This document shows, piece after piece, positions 57,933 to 64,000 of a DNA stretch of 64,000 bases. Source of the stretch: an uncultured Thermomicrobiales bacterium (GTDB taxonomy: Bacteria > Chloroflexota > Chloroflexia > Thermomicrobiales > CFX8); contig CAZNYB010000001.1 of assembly GCA_964577155.1 (NCBI GenBank), positions 3,250-67,249 of the forward strand, read 5' to 3'. The translations under genes and the position numbers were made by a program. A model generated the notes under the pieces. It was given only the letters and a program-made list of their open reading frames with translations. It was not told where the DNA came from and searched no databases. Numbering within the stretch: position 1 is the first letter of the stretch; each line of letters opens with the position of its first letter.

Positions 57933-60047
57933 ATGCCCAATTTCTTGCAGGGAGGGCATGCGATTTTTGCCCGTGTATTGCTTATAGCCTGGCTCCTCAT
58001 CCTGACGCTCACATCTTCAATAGTAGTAGACCGTCCGATTCGTTCTGCTGCCGCACAGTCCTTGGATGCGGAGTCAATGTTGACCTCACGTATCATCGTG
58101 CATGGCGCTGCGCTCTCCTGGTCCGACGCAGTCGAATTGATCGCTGCCACTGGAGCGACTTCTGTGGCATCAGTCCCACGCCTGCCTGAAGCCTACCTGG
58201 CGCAGTACGCAAGTCCTGCCGAAGCGTCGCATGCTGAACAGCGGCTCAACCAGGAATCAGCGATTTCAAGCATCGAATCAGACGCGATGGCTCACTACGC
58301 ATTTGAGCCAACAGACCCGATGTTTAAGGATCAATTCTGGGCACAGAGCATCGACCTTCCAGCAGCCTGGAACATCACCGCCGGTTCAGAATCCATCGTA
58401 GTTGCTGTGGTCGATTCCGGGGTGCAGGCCAGTCATCCTGATCTTGTTGGACAGGTCCTCCCTGGCACAGATCTCTACTATCGTGATGACATCCCAGAGG
58501 ACGACATCGGTCATGGAACAGCAGTTGCCGGGATTATCGCCGCCCGGGGAGACAATGGCGTCGGCATCGCCGGTGTTGCGATGAATGTTAAAATTCTGCC
58601 GGTAAAAGTTGGCGGCAAAGACGGCGCTCCTATCTCCGTGTTGTCATCGGGCATCATCTGGGCTGTCGATCAGGGCGCTGACATTATTAACCTGAGCCTT
58701 GTTGCAGACCTTCCCAGTCCCACACTTCACGAAGCGTTGCAGTATGCGTATGACCGGAACGTTCCGGTAATTACCGCCGCTGGCAATGATCCGTACGCCA
58801 TAACCTATCCAGGAAACTATGAAGAAGCGATCACTGTCGGGGCGAGTACGACCTGGGGTACGCTGGCATCGTTTTCGTCGACAACTAATCGGGTTGACCT
58901 GGTTGCGCCGGGCAGCAGCGTGCTGGCTCCCTGGTGGTCGGAGGTGAATGGCAATGGTTGGACAACCGTGACCGGCACCTCATTTGCAACTCCGATGGTA
59001 ACCGGCACAGCAGCTCTGCTCCTGTCGATCAATCCGAATCTCGAGATCGAGGAAATTCGCGAGCTGCTGAAATCCAGTGCTGCACAGATTGGTGATGCCT
59101 TCCCTGAGGCAGGATCAGGAGCAGGTCAACTTGATGCCGGCACGGCTGTCCGGCAACTGCTCAGTAAATCGTTTGACGTAACCTGGTTGCCGGCAGATGA
59201 TCCCGTTGCAAGCGGTCTGGCAGACCGCAGCTGGGTCTGGGGACCGGGATCAATACTGACCGGATTTGAGAACTACGTTGATGCCAGGGAGGGTGAACGG
59301 CTGGTCCGGTATTACGACAAGGCTCGCATGGAGATCAACGATCCTCTTGGGGATCTCAATGACCCGTGGTATGTCACAAATGGGTTGCTCGTGTCAGAGA
59401 TGATCTCAGGGAAAATGCAGATCGGTGACAATCTGTTTGAATACCGTGGTCCGGCTGATGTTGCCGTAGCCGGTGATCCCTCAGACCCCGAGGCGCCTAC
59501 CTATTCTGACTTTCGCAAACTCCTCGATGCGCCGTCTGGCAATACCGGTGAACTCGTGACGCAAATGGTCGACGCCAACGGAGTTGTCAGTGCTGTCGAT
59601 TCCTACGGTGTATACGGGATTACTAACGGCGCCTATATAGCCGAAACTGACCATCAAATCGCCTCGGTTTTCTGGAATTTCCTGAACGGCTACGGGTTTA
59701 TCCTGGTTGATGGTTCAGTTGAATACGGGCCGATTTTCGATCCAGTATTTTTTGCAACGGGTTTGCCGATCACCGAACCGTACTGGATGAGGGTGCACGT
59801 AGATGGCGAACTTACTGATGTGCTCGTCCAGTGTTTCGAGCGCAGATGTTTGACCTACAATCCGTCGAATCCCATCGAATGGCGTGTTGAACTGGGAAAT
59901 GTCGGCCAGCACTACTACAACTGGCGGTATCAGGATGAATTCGTTACGAATCCAGATGCGCGATTCCAGGACGTTATTGATCGAGCGTCCCGAAATGGCG
60001 ATCTCCTGCATCACCGAGTCCGGGAACTATATAGCCGAATTCATTGA
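57933..60047 (+). CDS. S8 (subtilisin-family) serine peptidase with an N-terminal signal/anchor and an unassigned ~290-aa C-terminal domain
   Basis: Catalytic triad blocks VAVVDSGV (Asp), HGTAVAGIIAA (His) and GTSFATPMVTG (Ser). The hydrophobic N-terminus is IFARVLLIAWLLILTL. An ATG at 57933 lies within the ORF that opens at a TTG at 57915. Confidence 0.8.
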   Translation: MPNFLQGGHAIFARVLLIAWLLILTLTSSIVVDRPIRSAAAQSLDAESMLTSRIIVHGAALSWSDAVELIAATGATSVASVPRLPEAYLAQYASPAEASHAEQRLNQESAISSIESDAMAHYAFEPTDPMFKDQFWAQSIDLPAAWNITAGSESIVVAVVDSGVQASHPDLVGQVLPGTDLYYRDDIPEDDIGHGTAVAGIIAARGDNGVGIAGVAMNVKILPVKVGGKDGAPISVLSSGIIWAVDQGADIINLSLVADLPSPTLHEALQYAYDRNVPVITAAGNDPYAITYPGNYEEAITVGASTTWGTLASFSSTTNRVDLVAPGSSVLAPWWSEVNGNGWTTVTGTSFATPMVTGTAALLLSINPNLEIEEIRELLKSSAAQIGDAFPEAGSGAGQLDAGTAVRQLLSKSFDVTWLPADDPVASGLADRSWVWGPGSILTGFENYVDAREGERLVRYYDKARMEINDPLGDLNDPWYVTNGLLVSEMISGKMQIGDNLFEYRGPADVAVAGDPSDPEAPTYSDFRKLLDAPSGNTGELVTQMVDANGVVSAVDSYGVYGITNGAYIAETDHQIASVFWNFLNGYGFILVDGSVEYGPIFDPVFFATGLPITEPYWMRVHVDGELTDVLVQCFERRCLTYNPSNPIEWRVELGNVGQHYYNWRYQDEFVTNPDARFQDVIDRASRNGDLLHHRVRELYSRIH

Positions 60048-60678
60048 GTTTCTCGTCGAATGCAGCCGTGTACACCCGGCAGTTCGGATCCGCTGCTAAC
60101 GCCTGCTGGACGCCTAGCGGCGCAGCGACAAGACAAAGCAAATCAATCGGTCCACCGAAACTCTGACGAACGATCTCAATCGCCTTGCAGGCAGTTCCAC
60201 CAGTGGCGAGCATTGGATCGAGGATGAATACCCGATCTGCGTTTGCGTTACCTACCGGAATATTCGAGGCATAGACGGTCGGTGCGAGAGATTTCTCATC
60301 GCGTTTGATGCCGATGTGGTAGAGCGGAGCGGCTGGAAACAGATCCCTGAATGATGGCTCGAATATCAATCCAGCCCGGAGAATGGCAACTCCGGCTATG
60401 CGCTCCAGGAGTTGATGTACATTTACTGGTTCTCCGGCGAAATTCTGCACAGTTGTGTCCTTGAGTGCGAGATCGCGGCAGGATTCAAGAAAGACCAGGT
60501 TTGCCAGCTGGTGCGCTGCCGAGCCAAACTCCCGGTAGGCGGTGGAAACATCGCGAACTCTGGCAAGAAGCGTCAGGGCGATGGCGTTGTTGACAATGGT
60601 CAACCTCGAGTGGCCTAAAATTTCCGATCGGTCTGGCTGTTCAAGGACTACTCTCTGATGGCTTGTTGAATCTGACAC
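59974..60678 (-). CDS. upp: Uracil phosphoribosyltransferase
   Basis: PRPP-binding loop VFILDPMLATGGT and the C-terminal signature YIVPGLGDAGDRHFGT. Confidence 0.85.
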   Translation of the reverse strand: MSDSTSHQRVVLEQPDRSEILGHSRLTIVNNAIALTLLARVRDVSTAYREFGSAAHQLANLVFLESCRDLALKDTTVQNFAGEPVNVHQLLERIAGVAILRAGLIFEPSFRDLFPAAPLYHIGIKRDEKSLAPTVYASNIPVGNANADRVFILDPMLATGGTACKAIEIVRQSFGGPIDLLCLVAAPLGVQQALAADPNCRVYTAAFDEKLNEFGYIVPGLGDAGDRHFGTLDQ

Positions 60679-60690
60679 GGCTGACCTCGC

Positions 60691-61563
60691 TTAGCTTTCT
60701 TTGTTCATCTGAACCCACTTGCAATCAAGTTTTTCAGCCGCAAATTGAGCGAACGCGCTTGCCAGGTTCGATGCAGAGTGGACCTTCAACGACAACCTAC
60801 TGCCGAGAGGCACGCCAACTCCCAGTTCAGTGGCAGCCTGTATCTGTACATCTTCCCACGGATTCGTCTGTTCCCTGCCCTTTTCTTCCGACAGGTACTG
60901 GTCTGCGCAGAGCCAGATCAACCGTGCGGCGACGACATCATCCGCATGGATCATGAGCGGATCTTTCTCATCGCCACCGACTATTCGAAAGACATAGTCG
61001 GCTTGAATCGCTGTCGCAAGTTCTACCGCCAACTGGTTTCTAAATGCAGATGCCTCAGTCCTCAATCTGGTGTGCGGGTGGCTGATACTTCGCCAGAAGT
61101 CGAACGGATTAGCTTGCGGGAATCCCGGAAACGCAATGATCTTGCCTGCAGTCAGCAACTCAACTGGAAGATAAAGCTCATCGAGCTTGCCACCCATATT
61201 GCGAAGGCCTAGCCTGAACCAGCCCTGATCGCCTGGATTCGCAATGCTCACCTCATATTGTTTTGCAGCATTCTTCCACCGCTGTCTGGTTGTCGAACCT
61301 GAAAAAAACGATCGAGAAGTTTGCGCCAGCATCAACGTTGCCTGATGTTGACGCTGGTGGAACCGGCGAACTGTCGCAAACACCGCACGTGGACTGGCCC
61401 TGGAGTCGACGAGAAGCAAAGTGGCGTCAAGGGATGCAGAATATGGTTCGAAGACCGGCTCACCGGTTGAAATTGCTACGACCGCATTCCTGGACTGAGG
61501 TCGCTCCCATCGACTGTTTTCCGCTACAGTACCTGGCGCACGCCATCGGTTCAACACTTGCAA
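60691..61563 (-). CDS. Hypothetical protein (possibly DUF362-like); function unknown
   Basis: 290-aa ORF co-oriented between the LutBA-like gene and upp, 12 nt upstream of upp. Only vague resemblance to DUF362-type proteins; the start is uncertain. Confidence 0.4.
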   Translation of the reverse strand: MQVLNRWRAPGTVAENSRWERPQSRNAVVAISTGEPVFEPYSASLDATLLLVDSRASPRAVFATVRRFHQRQHQATLMLAQTSRSFFSGSTTRQRWKNAAKQYEVSIANPGDQGWFRLGLRNMGGKLDELYLPVELLTAGKIIAFPGFPQANPFDFWRSISHPHTRLRTEASAFRNQLAVELATAIQADYVFRIVGGDEKDPLMIHADDVVAARLIWLCADQYLSEEKGREQTNPWEDVQIQAATELGVGVPLGSRLSLKVHSASNLASAFAQFAAEKLDCKWVQMNKES

Positions 61564-61631
61564 TATGTGGCAGTCCTGTCACTAACTCTCTCTGTGTTGT
61601 CTTTGCGTATCTGAACCGTCGTGCCGGTGTC

Positions 61632-63845
61632 TCATTTTTCGCGTGGCAACGACCTGGCCACCAGTTCAGCGATATGGAGCGCTCGAACTGAACTGCCGCG
61701 CGCCTCAAGGCCGCCACGAATTTGAAGCAAGCAGCCGGGATTATCACTGACGATGAACGCGGCGCCGGTACTGGTTGCATTGGCCAGTTTTTTGCCGAGT
61801 ATTGTGGTTGACAATCGGGGATAGTCGACTGAGAACGACCCGCCAAAGCCACAGCAGACGTTCGAATCCACCATCTCAATCAGTTCGAGACCAAGGATAT
61901 TAGTAATGATCTCTCTGGCTGGGGCCCCGAGACCAAGTGCATTCGAGGATTGACAGGCGTCATGGTAGGTCACTTGCTGCGGCTGCGAGGGCCGGCTGAA
62001 ATCCTCTGGCTGCAGGCGAGCAATGTCGGTTATGAAGGTGGTGAATTCGACGAGCCTGCCAGCCTGCGCCTGGGCACGTTCCAGCCACTCAAGATCATCT
62101 CTGAAGAGCGTCTGGTAGTCCTGAGATATAGCTGCCAGGCAACTTGTCGAATTCGTCAGCACATAGTCGGCATCGACTCGCTCAAGCATCTCAATCGTCT
62201 GTTTCGCCATTGCCCGGCCGTGCTGCCGGTCGCCGACGTTGAGCGCAACAAGGCCACAGCAGTGTTGGTTCTCAGGGAAATCGATCTTGCAGCCGCAGGC
62301 GGCTAGCACGGTCATGACAGCTTCCCCCATTTCTGGGGCGAGACGGTCGATCATACAACCTGGAAAATAAGCGACGGAAAGCCCTTTCGCCTGGCTGCCG
62401 GAAAGTATCGGAACGTCAGAAAAATCGTCGTTTTTCACCCGTTTGCGGAGCGGGGTTCGAGCCGGTGAAGTAAGGGTACGCCCTTCGGTGAGATCGGGAC
62501 GAAATGGTATATGCCGCAGCGAGCCGTCAACCGAAATGGATTGAGCTGCCAGCGAAGCCAGTCCCGCCCAGCGCTGGCCGCTAGCTGGATCACTCCATCG
62601 GTCGATTGCCATCTCTTTCAATCTCGGCATCCCGAATTGCTCGGTGACTCTGGCTCGCACGTTCAGGATAAGCTCTGGAATGGGAATCTCAGCCGGACAG
62701 ACCATCTCACAGGCGTTACAGGAGACACAGAGGCTCTGCGGACCGGCAGCTTTATCCAGACCATGGTGCATCGCCGTCATGACCAGTCCGATTGGTCCAG
62801 TGTAAATGTGTCCGAAGACATGCCCGCCAACGACTTTATACGGTGGACAGACGTTTGAACAGGCGCCGCAGCGGATGCACTGCAGGGCCGACCGCATCTC
62901 GGGGTCACGCCGGGCTTCTTCCCGGCCATTGTCCAGCAGTACGATATGCACATATTTGGGACCGTGAGCGCCGGTCACTAGCGTGCCGCCGATGTCGGCG
63001 GATTTGCTTGGTCCGGTGATAAACGATACGTAGACGGACAGTTTCTGACCGGTTCCGGAACGCGGCAACATTCTGAGAATAGCGGCTGCGTCTTCAAGCG
63101 AGGGAACGATTTTTTCGATGCCCAGTACGGCAATATGGACCGGCGGCAACGTCGTCACCAGCCGTCCATTCCCTTCGTTAGTGACAATTACCAACGTTCC
63201 GCTCTCGGCAATAGCGATGTTCGCGCCAGAGATGCCAATATCGGCGTCAATGAACTCCTGGCGCAGCCGTTTGCGGGCAAATTGCACGAGCTCTTCGGGA
63301 TCGTTTGGAAGCTGTTCACCCGCTTCAACCGAAAGGAGCTGCCGGACTTGCTCCTGGTTGACGTGAATCGCCGGCGCGATCAGGTGCGAGGGCGTGTCCC
63401 CAAGAAGCTGGATGATCCACTCACCCAGATCGGTCTCGACCACACGAATCCCGTCTTTCTCAAGCACATGATTCAGATGGATCTCTTCAGTCACCATCGA
63501 TTTGCTTTTGACGGCGAGCTTCGCTTCGTGCTGTCTGGCAATATCCAGAACGATCTGACAGGCGTCTTCCGGCGTGGCGGCGAGGTGAACGTGAGCGCCA
63601 GTCGCTTCAGCTTCTCGGGTGAATTCGTCGAGCAACTCCGGTAATCGAGCCAGGGCATCTCGTTTTAACTGGTTGACCCGCTGACGCGGTCCTTCAAAAT
63701 CATGGGAAGCGAACGCCTGATTCCGGCGTTCGCTCAATCCGCCGAGGGATGAAGACATGGCTTCACCAAGGTCTGAATCGGCGACCGCGGCGTCCACTCG
63801 CCGATGAAAAGCTTTGCTATCTGGCTTTTTGAGCGTGCCTGGCAT
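61632..63845 (-). CDS. Fused LutB-like (LUD domain + 2x[4Fe-4S]) and LutA/GlcF-like (CCG cysteine-rich) iron-sulfur oxidoreductase
   Basis: N-terminal LUD/DUF162 region, ferredoxin motifs CIRCGACSNVCPPY and CVSCNACEMVCPAE, then two CCG-type modules (YFPGCMIDRLAPE...NQHCCGL and YHDACQSSN...SNVCCGFGG). Confidence 0.8.
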   Translation of the reverse strand: MPGTLKKPDSKAFHRRVDAAVADSDLGEAMSSSLGGLSERRNQAFASHDFEGPRQRVNQLKRDALARLPELLDEFTREAEATGAHVHLAATPEDACQIVLDIARQHEAKLAVKSKSMVTEEIHLNHVLEKDGIRVVETDLGEWIIQLLGDTPSHLIAPAIHVNQEQVRQLLSVEAGEQLPNDPEELVQFARKRLRQEFIDADIGISGANIAIAESGTLVIVTNEGNGRLVTTLPPVHIAVLGIEKIVPSLEDAAAILRMLPRSGTGQKLSVYVSFITGPSKSADIGGTLVTGAHGPKYVHIVLLDNGREEARRDPEMRSALQCIRCGACSNVCPPYKVVGGHVFGHIYTGPIGLVMTAMHHGLDKAAGPQSLCVSCNACEMVCPAEIPIPELILNVRARVTEQFGMPRLKEMAIDRWSDPASGQRWAGLASLAAQSISVDGSLRHIPFRPDLTEGRTLTSPARTPLRKRVKNDDFSDVPILSGSQAKGLSVAYFPGCMIDRLAPEMGEAVMTVLAACGCKIDFPENQHCCGLVALNVGDRQHGRAMAKQTIEMLERVDADYVLTNSTSCLAAISQDYQTLFRDDLEWLERAQAQAGRLVEFTTFITDIARLQPEDFSRPSQPQQVTYHDACQSSNALGLGAPAREIITNILGLELIEMVDSNVCCGFGGSFSVDYPRLSTTILGKKLANATSTGAAFIVSDNPGCLLQIRGGLEARGSSVRALHIAELVARSLPREK

Positions 63846-64000
63846 CTGTATACCTCCAGGCGGCAGTATAACCGAGTGTTGTTTGCATGCTAGAGTGTGG
63901 TTCGGAGATTTGGGTAGTTAGATTGGATTGAAAGATGCGCGCACAGGATGCCTACATATCTCAGATTCAAACGATGACGGATGAGATTAACGCTACGCTG

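Noticed and set aside
63935-64000. A possible gene start at the right edge (MRAQDAYISQIQTMTDEINATL...).
   Set aside because: Only 22 codons are visible, with a weak SD and no motif. It cannot be supported from this window.

Overview
Dense bacterial chromosomal window with about 55 supportable protein genes. It is moderately GC-rich (not computed), uses GGAGG-type Shine-Dalgarno sites, and has frequent GTG/TTG starts and many 4-nt start/stop overlaps. I recognised no rRNA, tRNA or CRISPR array. Gene content and heavy paralogy suggest a metabolically versatile Chloroflexota- or Actinomycetota-like organism, but this is a guess. The paralogy comprises 3 giant BNR/sortilin-like propeller proteins, 4 MBL-fold hydrolases (3 in tandem), 2 STAND-type AAA+TPR signalling proteins, 2 small ferredoxins, 2 ECF-type sigma factors plus a third sigma-like protein, and 2 aminotransferases.

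Main blocks:
- 1-13.4 kb: BNR propeller paralogs, a DUF1269-sulfatase fusion, an aminotransferase and an acyl-CoA ligase.
- 13.7-17.9 kb: two small SD-preceded ORFs, then a class III cyclase-AAA-TPR protein.
- 18.1-22.9 kb: a tightly coupled MBLx3-PhzF-MmgE/PrpD operon.
- 23.7-32.6 kb: a P-loop kinase, a penicillin-acylase-family Ntn hydrolase and a convergent peptide-type ABC importer.
- 33.2-36.6 kb: a ferredoxin translationally coupled to a LuxR-type STAND regulator.
- 37-43 kb: housekeeping and unknown genes (dUTPase-like, ferredoxin, nadE, MBL, URO-D family).
- 44.2-46.5 kb: a sigma-like factor paired with a membrane-anchored NHL propeller.
- 46.8-53.4 kb: a metabolic cluster (TPP enzyme, TorD-like chaperone, 2-hydroxyacid dehydrogenase, MOSC protein, class III aminotransferase, ADP-ribosylglycohydrolase).
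- 53.45-56.56 kb: a mosaic bounded by perfect 17-bp inverted repeats. It holds IS3- and IS1380-family transposase remnants, broken ORFs and an intact CPBP protease gene.
- 56.6-63.8 kb: PPOX, an ECF sigma factor, an S8 protease, upp, an unknown protein and a LutB-LutA fusion.

The candidates most worth follow-up are the inverted-repeat-bounded mosaic, the MBLx3-PhzF-PrpD operon, the ferredoxin-regulator coupling, the cyclase-STAND locus, the DUF1269-sulfatase fusion and the sigma/NHL pair. All functional calls rest on motif-level recognition by eye. No database search was run.
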